The notes under the pieces were generated by a model. It worked only from the letters and a program-made list of their open reading frames with translations, did no database searches and was not told the origin of the DNA. Shown here piece after piece: positions 35,543-49,500 of a stretch of DNA of 64,000 nt. The DNA is from Vicugna vicugna. Its lineage: Eukaryota. Made by a program: the position numbers and the translations under genes. The stretch is from contig MU058687.1 of assembly GCA_013265495.1 (NCBI GenBank), positions 1,116,001 through 1,180,000 of the forward strand, given 5' to 3'. The stretch's first letter is position 1, and each line of letters opens with the position of its first letter.

Positions 35543-38500
35543 TGAGAACCAGGCAAGATTCAGGGTCATGGGTTAGGCTGGGCCTGAGGCTGATGGGTGG
35601 TGGGTGGCGGTGGGAGGGGAGGGAGGCCTGAAAGGTGGCCCCTATAGCTCACATTCCATCCAGGAAAAAAGAGGCCAGGGCAGCCCCGGCTCTCACCCCA
35701 GTGACCTCTGTGTCCATTGCCTGCCTGCCCACCCACACAGGGCTGCTAGAGACGCTACCTCCTGCCTGACCAGCCCTAAGCTCAGAGGTCCAGGAGCCAG
35801 GGGCCAGTCACCAGCCAGCTAAGTGTGGACTGCAAAGAACTTCCTGACGAGCTCCAACATGCTAGGGCTCATGGAGCTGACAGATGCGTTCCTGGACCCA
35901 GGGTCTTGGTGGAGGACATCGGGGCATCACTGTGTATGTATAGGGGTGAGTAGATGTGTGTTTGTATATATCTGGACCATATATTCTTGCCCATAATATC
36001 TGTGTATACATATGCATGTGTTTACATGTGTCTATTTTGGATTTGGATTTGTGTATGTGGGCATGAGTGTGCATTGTGCATGAGTGTGTGTACTTAAGCA
36101 TCTGTGTATGCTTGTCTATAACTGAGTGTTTTGAGCACTTATGCACTGGGCACCTTTGCTTATAACTGTGTGTGTATAGGCGGTATATATTGCGCACATG
36201 TGTGTTTGTATCCATTCATTTGTTCTTTCATTCAAATGTGTTGCTTCAGCCCTACTATGCTCCAGGCACTTGGCATGTGATGCAGAGGTTCCCTTGACAT
36301 TTACCTTCTCGAGGGATGGGGGTGTAGAGGAGGTACAGATGGCTGTGGATGTCACAGTTCTCTTTCTTCTCTCCAGAGTGAGCTCAATGCCTGGGCAGTG
36401 TCTGTGATTCCTGCAAGTGCACCTCAGTCTTTTTGTCACCAAACTGGAGACTGTATCCATCTAAACCTGGCTTCTTGGGTTGTAAGATGAATTAGTTAGG
36501 CTAGACTAAGGGAAACCAATTAGACTTCAAAATGTCCATGGGTCAAATAGGGGCTGACTCTTGCTCACATCCAGTCCAGCGCAGGTGTGCTGGTGGCTCT
36601 GTTCCCCCGGATTGTAACTCCAGCCCTTACCAGCTGTATAACTTCAAGGAACTTTCTTTGCTTCTCAGGGCCCTGGCTTCCTTCATCTAAAGTGGGAATA
36701 ATAACAGTGCTTACCTCATAGGTGAGGACTGATAAAGCACCTGGGATCCAGGAAATGGTAGCTGTTAGGCGTGATTTCTAACTTAACTTTTGATTCTTAT
36801 TAGAGATATAAAAACACTACAGTTACAGAGCAGAGTCCTCACCTTCCTGGACAAGAGACAGAAAATGAAAAATCTTGTGCTTCTGCCAATTGCAGGGGAG
36901 CGAAAGGACGGAGGGATTTGCACGTGCATGTGTGTGCACACCCACAGGCACGTACATATACACACATGTACAAATTCTCACAATCACCATCCAGGCGATC
37001 AGTCCCTAGCTGGCACTGAGGCTTTCTGAGTAGATCCAGGTACTGGGCAGATCCACTGGTAGAGTCATTGTTCACAACTCAACATTTAACTGTGTATCAT
37101 CACAATCATTAGTTATTGTTTCAGGGAGAGAACTAGTGTTTATTATGTGCCAAGCAATGTGCCTGGTGCTTTAAACACTTCCACTCACTGAATTCTCACA
37201 ACCTTGTGAGGTAGGTTTTAATTATTCCCATTTTGAAGATGGGAACACGGAGGCACAGGCAGTTTAAGTAACTGGCCCACAGTCATTTAACTACCAGGGA
37301 ACAAACAGATCTGAGGATGAAGCCTAAGTCTTTCCCCAGAGCGCTTTCCAGTGAGCACAAGCTCTCTCTGCCAGGCAGATTGCAAATACCTTGAAGGCAA
37401 GGGTGATATCAGAACTTTTCTGGGTCTTTCCGTTACTGGAGCAGAGTGCATGCTTGACAAACTCTGAAAGTTGATGTATGGGAGGGAGAAGCCCATTCCA
37501 GGCCCAGAGCTGACCCTGTCACAGGGAGTCAGGCAAATACAGGTAAATACAGGGGTCCAGGCCATAGAAACACCAAGCAGACCATGACAATAGTCACCAT
37601 GGCAGCTGTGGGTTCTAGCCCTACATGCCAGGCTGCCTCCCAAGGCAAAACACAGGTCTTCCCACACCTTGTATTAGTCATGGCCTTAGCCTGAAACACC
37701 TGCCCCAACCCATCCCTATTTCTTGGCTTCTGACTTCCCGACTCATTTTCCCACGTTGGCCTGGCCTCTTCATAGTCTTGACCCTCTGACCTGTTTCCCA
37801 ATGATGACCTCTTCCTTCTCCCTTGATAACACTGGGCATCAGCCTCTGGAGCAGTGTCTCCGGTGGCTCTAGGGAAGCACACTCCCTCTGACCTTGCCCT
37901 GAGCCCCAGACCCAGGTGTGGCCAGAGGTGGGTGAGAAGCAGAGCATCTAAGGACTAGAATCCCGTGCTTCCTGGCTGGAAGGGAGAGTGGTGGTGGGCA
38001 GCTCGGGCCGAGGGCCTTTCCACTTTATAGGCTGGCCATGCTGTAGCCGTCTGCTAGCCAAAGCCACCAGCAAGAAGGTGCTTGTTTGGCCTCTACGCCT
38101 TCTCCTCCTGCCTCCTGGGCTGAGATTTCCTGCAGACTCCTCCCAGTTTCAACCCTGAGCCCCTCTCCTGTCTGTGCACTTCATCCAGGTTCCAACAGTC
38201 TCCCTGGCCGCCATCACTGGGCGAGACATCCTCCTCTAGGCTCCCCCAGCACCTTGAACTGCCCTTGCATTATGGCACCTGGCCCTCAGTATCATCACTG
38301 CCCAGCTGTTTGTCTGTCTTTCCTCAACCTGTAAGATCTGAGAGGGCAGACACTTGCTCGCCCTTGGATCCCCAGCCCCTCACACAATGCCTGGCACATG
38401 GTAGGGGCTTAATTGATGTTTGCTGAGTTGGGCCAATCCTCAAAGTACTCTCTCCTCTTCCCACAGGGAAAACATCCCAAGCCTGCTCATTCCTTGCCCA

Positions 38501-41500
38501 AATGTCCTTCAGCCTTCAGAGGTAGCCCTTCTAGACCCCATGCTTGAAACAACGTGGGTGGGCCTCTCTGGTGGGGGTAAGTGTAGAAGAACAACCTCCT
38601 GTTACTGTGTAATCACGCCCTGGGTTGGTCACCACAGCCCCACCAGCCCCCAGGGGACAAGGCTCGTGCCTCAGGCCAGAGACCAGAACCTAGTGGGAGG
38701 CCTGGGGTGGGGCCGAGTTGGAAGGGAGACAAGAGCAGAGCCCACAGGGGACCAAGTGGTTCCCAGGGGTGGGAAACAAGATGGCACCCGCCACGAGGCT
38801 GTGAACAAGGGAAGCCAGGCGGGGTGCCCGTGGCCTTGTCCCAGGCCTTTGGGGCGACGTGTCGTCACCAAAGAATTGGAAACCTGTACTTTGGGAACTT
38901 GGCAGCCAAGGCTGGGTTTTTCATGTTTTCTGTAATTATTTCCCCTTTGTTCTCCCTTAGTATTTAGTAAAGCCCTTTGTGAAAATGCCAGCTGGTCTCA
39001 GCTGTGCTAAGGGAGTGACAAGGGGATGCTCTCTGCATGCCTGGCCCTCTACTTTAATGGAGGGACCTAGCTCAGTGGTGGCAGCAAAGTCAAGGAACAC
39101 CAAGGACACAGGGAGTCTCTGCAGCCACAGCCAGCACCTTGTGTCCAGCAGCCTCCCTGACACTGAACATCCTTCCAGGCTTTTCCAGGCTCCAGCCCGA
39201 GCTTTACTGAAACCAGAGGGTCTGGAGGGCCAGCCAGTCATGGTTGCTTTGAGGGAGGGCATTTGTTCAGATCCCAGTGTGTCCAAAGCTCTCAAGAAAT
39301 CCAGGGGCTGGACACCTGCTGTGCTCAGGGTACCCATTCAAGGGCAGTTGTCCCCAGCCTGGGGTCCTTGGCAAGCTGCTGCCCAGGAATCAGGCCCACG
39401 AGCTGGTACCATAGCTGCCTCCCCTTGCTGCCCTCACAACTCAGACCTTTGCTAAGTCTTGGTCCCCTGCCTGCCTGCTGCCCACCAGGGTAGACACAGT
39501 GGTCCCCTTCCCAATTGCTGGGACTCTCCACATCCCACTTCCTGTGACTATGTGCCCCTTCTCTTCCCAGCCCCTCCTTTCTTTCCCATCGTGTCTCAGC
39601 TCCTGGTGAGAGAGGGGCCAGGGAGACTGTCCTCCTCAGGAACAATCTCCCCTTTCTCTCTGTTGTGTAAGTGATACACGAGGAGAGGAAGCAATTTGTA
39701 ACTAATCGGCTGTGATGTGGAACAGAGCTTTCTGAGAATGGAGAGCCTGGGATAGCTCGGGGCTGTCTGCCTTGGCAACAGCTGGGTGGCTGGGGACGCC
39801 GGTCACCCTTCCCCTCCCCAACTCCACCCCAGAAGGCCTGAGAGATGATGGCGGGTGGTCGCTCCTGTCCCTGTAGCACCGCCTGTGTGCCAGGCAAGCA
39901 GCAGAAGGGAGAGGGGTGGATGAGGACCAGCTGAGGCTGTACAAGGAGGCAGTGTTGGGCAGGGATTAAGAGCCTGTCTCTTCCTAGTTGTGTGACTTTG
40001 GACAAGTCTTTTCAACTTTCTAACCTCATTTCAGAGGCTGGTTGTGTGGTTTACGTGAGAAAGTGGAAGTTGCTCACATAGCACAGGGTCTGGTGCACTG
40101 TGTTTAATAACTTTAGCTGTTATAGTCATTTCCTGGGGAGAGGGTAAAGACGTGGGCCAGATCACCCCCACTGAGTTTCAAGCAGACCCTGCCATGGTCA
40201 CCAGGACCATAGTCACCATGGTCACACTGATGGCAAGAAGGTCTTCCCAGAGGAGGCAAGGTCTTTGGGTTATTCCTCTGCCCTCTGAGGGGTGGAGCCA
40301 ACCTCAGAAACCTCCTTCTCCATAGGGTGGAAATGTGGGGAGAGGGTGGGAGAGAAGAGGGCACCCTAATCAACTGGGCCCTTTCTCTGTGCCATTCATC
40401 TAAGGAGTCAGAGATGCTCCCAGTTCATAGACAATCGCAGGTAATGATGAATTAGCCTCTGAGGAACCAGAGTCAAGGTGCAAAGTGCTATGGGAACACA
40501 GAGGGTGGGGAGGATGATGCTGGTGTGTGAGAGTGTGTGTGTGTATCCCTGTAGGGGATCAAAATAAATACTGGATCTCCCTGGCCTGGGAATCCTTACC
40601 ATCCCTTCTCCCAGGAAAGGCACCCACCCAGAAACTGGAAGAGTTCGTGCAAGGGGAATGGAAGTGGGCCCTAGAATCAGGGCCTGATGCTTCTTGGGGA
40701 AGGAGGTCTTAATGCCCCAGTTGTGTCTTCAAGGTGGCAGTGTGACAAAAGTCTTCTGCAGGGGCTCCCCAAAGAAAATAAAAGTAAAGCCTGCTTTCTG
40801 GGTAGTAACTGAAGAACTTCCTTGAGCACCTGGGACAGAGGGTGGGATTGGGAGGAGACAGAGGGAAATAGCAACCAAAAGACCCACACCCACCCCTCAC
40901 CCTCAGAACACCATGTCCAGAGACTGCAGTCTGCGGAGGCAGCCAGTCTGTCCCAAAGCTGACGTTCGGCCTCCCGGAGCTGGCAGGCGACGAAGGACCT
41001 GGAGTCTCTTCGGAGCTGCCCTGATGTTGGGAGCCCAGGGAGCGGCGAGGGGCTTCTGTTCTTGTCAAGTTGTCTCTGTTATGGGTCGAAAGGTTAGTGG
41101 AGACAGTATAGACTAAACATCTCATAATTGGAATGGCGTGGGTCTGAGTGAGGATCACTGTGAGGGCCCGTATCTGTTCCATTTTAATGTCATCCCCTGG
41201 AGTGTTAGTCCCTGGTCAAGCTGTCATTCTGTACGTTGGAGGGAGGAGGGGGCTAGGCCAGTGAATTGGCAGGACTCTGAGCTACAATGGGGGAGAGGGA
41301 GCTGCGTCTTCTGTTGGTCCTTCGCTCATTCAGCCCTACTCAGTGGAAGCCCCTGGGCTCCCTGCGGGGGACACAAAGACAATGATAGCGCTGGAGGAGC
41401 CTCTGATCCAGCAGGGAAGGCTTTAATGCTGTCTTAAACAATACCAAGTCCGTGCAAAACCAAGCCCTCCAGGTCCTCAGCTGCAGACCCTTGCTAGCAC

Positions 41501-42029
41501 ACAGGTGAGCAGCTCTGAACCTTAGCTGGCCATCCTCTCGTGGGCATTCAGACATGTGAGAGGGTATTCCAGAGACTTCTGAGGAGGTCTACAGAGGAAG
41601 CAAGGAAGGCTCTGCATGGAGAAGACAACGCTTGTGCAGCATCTCACAGAATGAATGAATGATTATCAGGAATTGAAGGGTGGAAAGAGCAGTGCAGTCA
41701 AGGGGAGTAGCTTGGCGAGGCAGGGATAATTTGAGGGACATAGAGGAATCTGGTGGGGCTGGACTGTGTGCAGGTGGGGAGGGTGTGCATCTGTGCCTGA
41801 AGATGAGGCTGGAAGGGAAGGCTGGAGTCAGACTGTGAAGAGCTTTCAAGGCCATAATGAGCATTTGTAGTTTATTCAAAGGGCTCCAGGAAGCCACTGT
41901 AGGTTTTCTTGAGCAAGGGAGTGAGATGGCCAGAGATGGAGGGTTCGACCTAGAGGCAGGAAGACCAGATCTGTGCTTACCACAGAGCTGAGAGTGGCCT
42001 GAATCAGGAGAGTGGCTGTGTGAGGAGAC

Positions 42030-42445
42030 CGGCTGGGACCCAATCCCATTCAGCTAAAAGAGTTCATTTCCCAGCTCTCTCTGGAGCTGGCTACAACCTT
42101 ATGACTAAATTCCAGCCCACTTACCCGCTTAGGGCTTCTTAGAGTTCTGGGTGTTAAGTGACAGTTTTGGGTTTGACCCTTGGAAAGTCTCCTTAAATGA
42201 AGGAGCACATCTTTCTTCTCTATCTGCCAAGCTTTTGCCTGGAACTCGAATATGATGGTAGGAGCTCTTGCAGTCACCTTGGACCTTAAGGATCAGTTGG
42301 AAGGAAACTGGACCCCTGAAAACTCTGCAAGGTCTTCATACCAGCCCTGGCTTATTTACATCCAAAATTATTTTATGTGAGGAGAAAATAAATTTCCATC
42401 TTGTTTAAGTCACCGTTATTTTGGAATTTTCTGTTAACACGAGTG
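42030..42445 (+). mobile_element. MaLR (MLT1-like) LTR
   Basis: CATTTCCCAGCTCTCTCTGGAGCTGG...AAATAAATTTCCATCTTGTTTAAGTCACCGTTATTTTGG. Confidence 0.55.
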
Positions 42446-45400
42446 CTATTCCACATTTTGCCTTATAAAGGTAAGAAAATGAGTTCCACAGTTCTCGATG
42501 AGTTTTATAGAAAAAAGGCTGCATTCTTCCATGACTTATCTTGGAGAGTGAGTCAGATCACTGTTTCCTGGGAAGAACTGGGGCTCTCCCACCCCTTGTC
42601 AGTTCGAAGCAGGAATGGGGAGGCCACTGTTAAGGATGCAGATGTTGTGGCCCAGCTGAGCTGGACCTGCCTCCCCAGCCGCATCCCTCTTTTCCCAGCT
42701 CTCATCTTCTCTCAGAGAGCACAGGAAGGAAACTGTGTTGGGGGCAAGGGGTGCAGAGGGGAGCCAGATTAGTTCCTCTTATGGTTGGATTCCCAGGGGT
42801 AGAGGAGACAGAAAGTCTAGCGGAGCCTTCAGCAGACAGACAGTGGACCTCTAGCTGGCCCCTTAGGCCCCAGGCTCTCCTATGAGTCAAAGAACACTTG
42901 GCTGTTTCTCCAAAGATCCTCCTCTGTCTCCAGCTCCCCTGATCTTACAGAAGATCAAGGACCTCGAATATATAGGCCAGGAAACGCTAAGGGGCAGCAC
43001 TGGCTCCCGCCTTGGGTATTATGGGGTGGAGGTGGGAGATGGGAGTGCAGGTAGGGCTGACGGCTGCACTTTTACTCTAACTTTCCAGTTCTAGCTTTAG
43101 ATCAGGACAGATTTGGGGAGTCCAATTCTCCCCAATTATGAATCAAATGCTCCACATGACATCATATACCATGAATCACTTCCCTATTTTTCTTCCAGGA
43201 ACCTGCAGGAGTTCTGTGGAACCCACATTTACTGAGCATGTACTATGTGTCAGGTCTCATGTACACATGTGCGAGCTCACGCCATCCTCACAATAGCCCT
43301 GAGAGTCTACATTGCCCCAATTTAGCGATGAGAATGATGAGGCACAGAGAGGTTAAGTAACTTGCCTCAGGTCACCCAGCCAGTAAGTGACTGAGCTGGA
43401 ACTTGTCATGTGATACTAGTCATGTGACTCCAAAGACCAGGCGCTTGTGCTGGACAGCACCGGGGAGCCCCAGTGGCAGAGGAGGCCTAGCCCCGAAATC
43501 AGAGGGCAGTTTTCCAGGTCATCTAGATCAGGTTGTGATGGAGGGACCCAGTGCTTGGCATTCTCCCTTTCCAGCCCTCCTCTCTCTCACCTCATCTTAC
43601 CACCCTCTTTTCCCCCAGCCTCATCTTCACTTATTTTCTGTGTGCAAAAAGTTTTGAGTGACACTGGATTTGTGATTTGACCAATAATGGTATTAATGAA
43701 CCTAATGGAGATTTTCTGATTTCAAACCCATTTCACATACTTAGTGTGCTGAAAACACTCCTTGAGGCAGTCGAATGAGGAGATGGAAGGGACTTGTCCA
43801 GGGTCACACAGCTATGAGTATAGGGGTCAAGATCAGAACTCAGTTTCCCAGCTCTCGATTGGTACTTGGGTATGGTAAATACCATACGCTGCATGGAGCC
43901 TGACTTCTGATGTCAGGCCTCGTAGCACTTTCTGAATGACATCTATCCTGTTCCAGGCCTGCTACGGGGTAGTACTGGGGGAGGTTTTGAGACCTAAGAC
44001 ACTCTTGGCCCCTGAGATGTTCAAAACCCAGCAGTACTAGGAAGAAAAAGCTGAGGAGTCACCCCTAAGACCAGAGCCAGTGTGAGCAGCGAAGGAACTG
44101 GGGGGGGGGTGGGGGATCTCAGAAGAGTCAGTTGGAGGAATCACTCCCCACAAAGGTGTCTGCATCCCTCCAGGGACCAAAAATCTTCACAACCACGTGT
44201 CACATTCAAGAAGCTTCCCATATTCAAGTACTACCTACACTATTATTTATTTGTTTGTTTAGACTGATTTTTTTGACTTAAAAATATTTTAAAGGAAACT
44301 TTATATCACTGCCTTACATAGCAAAATAACTGTAAAAATAAATTATAGCTAGATATTGCCAGTAAAGACTCTGAGCCTGAGGTCTGCTCTTTCTTAAAAT
44401 AGGACACTTAGCAAGTGTTAATGAAATAAATGTTAGAGACACATTAGCCCCTAACTGAGGCTTGCAGATGTTGTGGCCCAGCTGAGCTGGACCTGCCTCC
44501 CCAGCCGCATCCCTCTTGTCCCAGCTCTCATCTTCTCCCTTTAACTCCTTAGGTGGATGCAGAGAGGATTGTTAAGAGGACAGTTTTCTCACTACATGGT
44601 TCGCTACTACTAAAAGCTAGCTAAAATCATCTCAAACACACCTCAAATCATCCCATATGTTGTTCATACTTAGAGAATCAGTGGCATAGAAAAACAAACA
44701 TTCTAATTCAATAGTCAGGGTAGGTGTAATTTCTGGGGAGCAGAAACTCACTGGCAGGCCCACTAGGCAATTTGGAAGGGTCAAGCCATTCTCTCTCTGA
44801 AAAAAAAAACACAGCGGGGATAGGCAGGCTTCTCAGCTTTGGGAAATCCTTTTACAACTTGCGAAGGGATTTTTTTTTTTTTAAGCAGATGAAGCTCATA
44901 ACCTGATGCAGCCCCAAAGACCTCCGGGTGATTCTCCTCTCTATTATGGCTGAGAAAGCTCAGGTAGAAAAGATCACAGGGCACACCTAAGGTCATCCAG
45001 TGGGTTACCCCATGAAATACTGCGAAATGCTTGATGGTCCTCTCAGTCACCCTTCCTCAGGTAGGAGAACGCAGCATCCACTTTGTACAGGAAGCCTGTC
45101 CCGCACTGCAGTAAACCCAGACCCTCAAGGCTGGCCTGGAAGAAGAGCTTCTGAGTCATCCTGGGAGTCTAATCTCTGCCCTGTAACCAGATTCACCTTC
45201 CCGTGGGGGTCTCTCTCTTCCTGATTCCCACTGCTCCCACCCTGTTGGTCTTAGTGGGTACTCAAGGGAAGGAAAGAGAAAGGAGATACAAATACCGAGG
45301 GAATGGGAATGGGAATGGGAATGGGAACGGGTCCAGAGCCTGAGACATCTGCCCTCCAGTGTTGAGGGCCTGGGGTGAAGTGGTGGGGGGGTGAGGAGGG

Positions 45401-45681
45401 CTCAGTTCCTGGCCTGCACCTGCCTCCATGAAGATGGCTCACTTGCAAACCTACCATCTAGGGTTCCTCCTACATTTGCAGCCTCTTCCTGGTCCGGGTC
45501 CAAAGAATCCTACTCCCAGGCCTCTGCCTGGCAGGCTTTTCAGCTCAGGGCTGGCTCTCATGCCAAGGGACACACTTTTCATAACTGCTCTCAGCTGAGC
45601 TTTCTCTTCCATTGACACCTCTTACAATCAGGGTGTGGCCTAGCAGTATAAACAGTCACTTTGTTTTAATTAAACAATAAA

Positions 45682-45980
45682 CAGTCAGCCCTCCATATCT
45701 CAGGGTTCCCAATCCAAGATTCCCAACCAACCACAGACTGAAAATATTGGGGAAAAAAAATTCCAGAAAGTTCCAAAAAGCAAGCTTGAATTTGCTGCAC
45801 ACTGACAACTATTTACATAGCATTTACATTGTATTAGGTGTTATAAGTAACCCAGAGATGATTTAAAGTATGTAGGAAAATATGCATAGGTGATATGCAA
45901 ATACTACTCCATTTATAAAGGGACTTGAGCATCTGCAGGAGGCCCTGGAACCAATCCCAGCAGATATCGAGGGATGACTG
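45682..45980. mobile_element. MER2-like Tc1/mariner (Tigger family) non-autonomous element
   Basis: Imperfect TIRs CAGTCAGCCCTCCATATC ... GATATCGAGGGATGACTG followed by TA; internal TTTACATAGCATTTACATTGTATTAGG typical of MER2/Tigger. Confidence 0.75.
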
Positions 45981-46209
45981 TATAGTCGTTGTAGAAAATA
46001 TGAATTAGCATAAAGAAGAAAATAAAAATCACCCAATCTCATCGCCCAGAGAAAACCTCTATTAATATTTTGCTTTATATCCCTCCAAACATTTTTCTCT
46101 GAACGCGTACCTTTTGTCTTATAAAAATGGCATCATATTGTTTGTAGCGTGCTCTTCTTTATTTCATCATATTTTGGTAATGTCTTTTCATATCAGCGGT
46201 AAAAATTCT

Positions 46210-46380
46210 ACAGCCTTGATGCTCAAAGTGTGATCCAGGGACTAGTGGCATCAGAATCCCCTGGGAGCCTGTTGGAAATGCAGAATTTTAGGTGTCATCT
46301 CATACCTGTTAAATCAAAATCTTCCATTTTAACAGGATTCAGGGATATTCTTGTGCACATTAAAGTTTGAGAGTGCTGCT
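46210..46380. mobile_element. MER5-like hAT-Charlie element
   Basis: CTCAAAGTGTGATCC...GCATCAGAATCCCCTGGGAGC...GAAATGCAGAAT...CACATTAAAGTTTGAGA. Confidence 0.65.
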
Positions 46381-46382
46381 AT

Positions 46383-46540
46383 TTGGCATCATAGTTAAAG
46401 GTTGTCAGGGAATACTCTTCACTGCATGGTTAAATTTCTCTTTTCAAATCCACCTATAATTGGCACCATAGTTAAAGGTTGTCAGGGAATACTTTTCACT
46501 GCATGGTTAAATTTCTCTTTTCAAATCCACCTATAATTGG
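46383..46540. repeat. Tandem duplication, 2 x 77 bp
   Basis: Units start at 46383 and 46460 and differ at 2 positions; TTGG recurs at 46537. Confidence 0.95.
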
Positions 46541-49500
46541 GCATTTAGGTTACAGCTAACATTCTCTTCATTATTAACAACACTACAGTGTGTTCACTGT
46601 ACATATTTGTTGCTTGTGTCCCTTAAATTCCTAGAAGCAGAAATTCTGGGTCAAAGGCTTTTGATGCTTACTGTCAATGTCCCTGCAGTAAATCTGTTCC
46701 CTTCCTCCCGGCAATGCCCAGAATGATGAGATCCCTACACCCTGGAAGTTCATGGTATTATCATTCTTTTACATCTTTGCCATCAGATCTGGGAAAGTCA
46801 TGTCTCAGGCTGGTTCTGGATACATTTTCTCGATTACACGGTAGTTGAGATTAAGTATTTCTCCAAATGATTATTGGCCACTTGCATTTGTTCTGGCTGA
46901 GTGTCTGCTTGGGTCTTTTTAACCCTAAGCGATCAAGATAGTGAGAGATGTTGCCAGTGTGGGCTGCAGGGACAGTGGTCCGAGTCCAGTCCTGGTGTAG
47001 AGTCCTGTTGCTGCTGCCGGAGGGCATAGTGGTCGTGAGCCAAATTCAGACCCCACCTGCCTCTCTTGCGCTGTGTCCAGACCCCAGAACAAGTGCCCAG
47101 CCAAGCCTCCGCCCCCTGGCCTGGTCAGGGCTGGGGGCTGGCTGCCACCCAGGACACTGCTCTGATGCCTGGCTATGCATCCCATGGTTCCCCAGGCAGG
47201 CAGCCCTGCCAGGTGTGCTGAGGGGGGCCGGCAGTGTGGACAATTCAGGGAAGTGACCCTGCCCCATGGCTGAGTGCCTGCCCCAGTGAGCATTGTGAGC
47301 TGACCACTGGCCACTGCTGCTGAAGCTGCTGATGATGGCAGCAGGAAACAGCGCTTACTCAGCCCCGGCTGCACGTTTGCTGCCTCACTCCGCCCAGCCT
47401 TCCTCCCAGGCACAGCCTGGCCAGCCAGCAGCTGGGAGAAGCAGTGCGTGGGGAGGAAACAGGGGGGATCACCCCCACATCCCCCGCAAGGCTGCACCTG
47501 CGCTCTGCCAGCCCTGCCACCTGTTGCCTGATTGGACATGAGGACTGCCTAGGGCCTCTGTGGCCAGCAAAGCACAGGGCTGGAACATGGGGTGGATTCT
47601 GGCCCAGGAGCAGGCAAGCTTGGAGTAAGACCCTGAGCTGACATCTACTGAACACACCACTCACTCCCCACAGCCACTGGGATGTAAGTATTATTATTTC
47701 CCTCTGACAAACAAGAAATCAAAGCTCAGAAAATAAGAGTAATAATAGCCTAACCTAGAGATTGCATGTTAGGTGCCAGGAACTCTGCTGAACGCTCTGC
47801 AAATGTTGGTAGATCCATTTTTGCCAAGGAAACTGAGGCATGGAGAGGTGAACGAACTTGCTCTAGGTCACATAGCCTGTGAGGGGCAGATCTAAGTGTC
47901 TAACTCCAAATCACACACACTTAACCATCCCTCACCCTGGCCCACCAGGTGACACCTCCAGAGCCCCAGACCTGGGAGGACAGTAGCCATGAGAAGGGGC
48001 AGTGGGAGGGACCAGCCCACTCCCTCATTTGATTGTCTCAGCAGTGGCTCCACCTCACACAGGAGGATCCAAGCTGTCCTTCAAATGGGCTGCTCAGCGG
48101 GAGTCTCTTGATCACCCCCCAACCCCAACTCTGTCTCACCATCCACTTCGGTGTCTCCTTCTGTGACCAGATATCCTCAGGGACCGTGTCAGAGGCTGTG
48201 TCCTCTGACTGTTCTATCTTGCTGTTTGACCCTGACTCTGGGTTCCTCTGCCTCTTCTCTCTAATGGGCAAAAGGGGCAGGGAGAGGGAATTTGCATGGA
48301 ATTTGGTAGACAAATTGTGGCATGAGTTACTATGGGCAACAGAAAAGTGTCTCCTGGCTGGGAGCTGAATGGGTGGAGGATAAAGCAGAGGGAAGGGAGG
48401 GAGGAGCCTGTTCAAGGGCTGGGAACCCTCAGGGCAGGTGTCTGAAGGATGAGAGGTGCCTGCTCCCCAGAACTGGGGGGGTGCAGCAGCCCTGGGTCCC
48501 CACACACCCAGCCTCCTTTCACCTTCCACAGCGGAGAGGGTGGCCCCAGGCTGCCCTGAGGGCTGGAGCAGCTGTTGCTGCTGATGCAAGCTATTGGCTG
48601 TAGGAGGCTGGGAGGGCCGGAGGAAGGAGGGAGTTGTTCTCAGAGTGAGAGTCTCTGCCTAAGCCTGTTGAAAAGCTATCAAATCTGCAAGATGGGACAC
48701 CCGGTTCTCAACTAGATTCACTTCTGTCCCAAGTGGGGCTCAAGGCCAGGCCTCTAGGCCTTTGGCAATCAGGGTGGGGTCTAACTGCCAGCTGTTACGG
48801 CAACCTGCATCTCGTATGACTGCACAGAAAGGCCTAGAGCCTGCAGCCCAGGGGACCAGGGGCTCAGAAGTATGTGGCAATGGGCAAGCCCATGGGTGTG
48901 CCAGGGAGAACCCTACGGGGTAGGGCCCAGAAAGCATCCCAATTTTGGCCCAGCAGCTTCCTTCTAGTGCTTGCCTCTTCCCAGCAGTGTCTCCTGAGTC
49001 TGGCCTAACTAAGCTGGACTTCAGCCAAGCTGGCTGGCCTCCAGGTGGATTTGGGTCAGACAGCTGGGATGTGGTGTTTCCCGCTCTGAAGAGATGGAGG
49101 CTGGAAATGGGGCCATGGTGGGGATGGAGCTTGGAGGGCTGGGCCACTTGGCCACAGATCTCAGCAGGATGGTGGGGTCATGAGTGGGCGGAGGCTGGCT
49201 AGAGTATCTTTTGCAAGGTTTGCCAGCGAGGGGATGTGTCAAAGGATCAGGGCCAGCTGGTCCCCATACCTTTACCCATTCTTTTTCTGGGTGTGCCTGA
49301 GACCTGAGCAGTCCCTCTGGAAGGCCAGCCAGCTGGCCCTGAAGCCTCATCCTGTGTCCTCGCCCTATGGTTCTCACTCATTCAGGAGAACAGTTCCTCT
49401 CCTCTCTGAGGTCAGGTCAGCCTGCCCCAGGGTAGCATCAGGCACTGGCTTCATTTTGCATGTCCTGGTAGACTTGGTCAGAGCTACCTGGACTCCTGAT

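Noticed and set aside
45299..45330. (GGAATG)n run
   Set aside because: Short ordinary hexamer microsatellite with no further structure.
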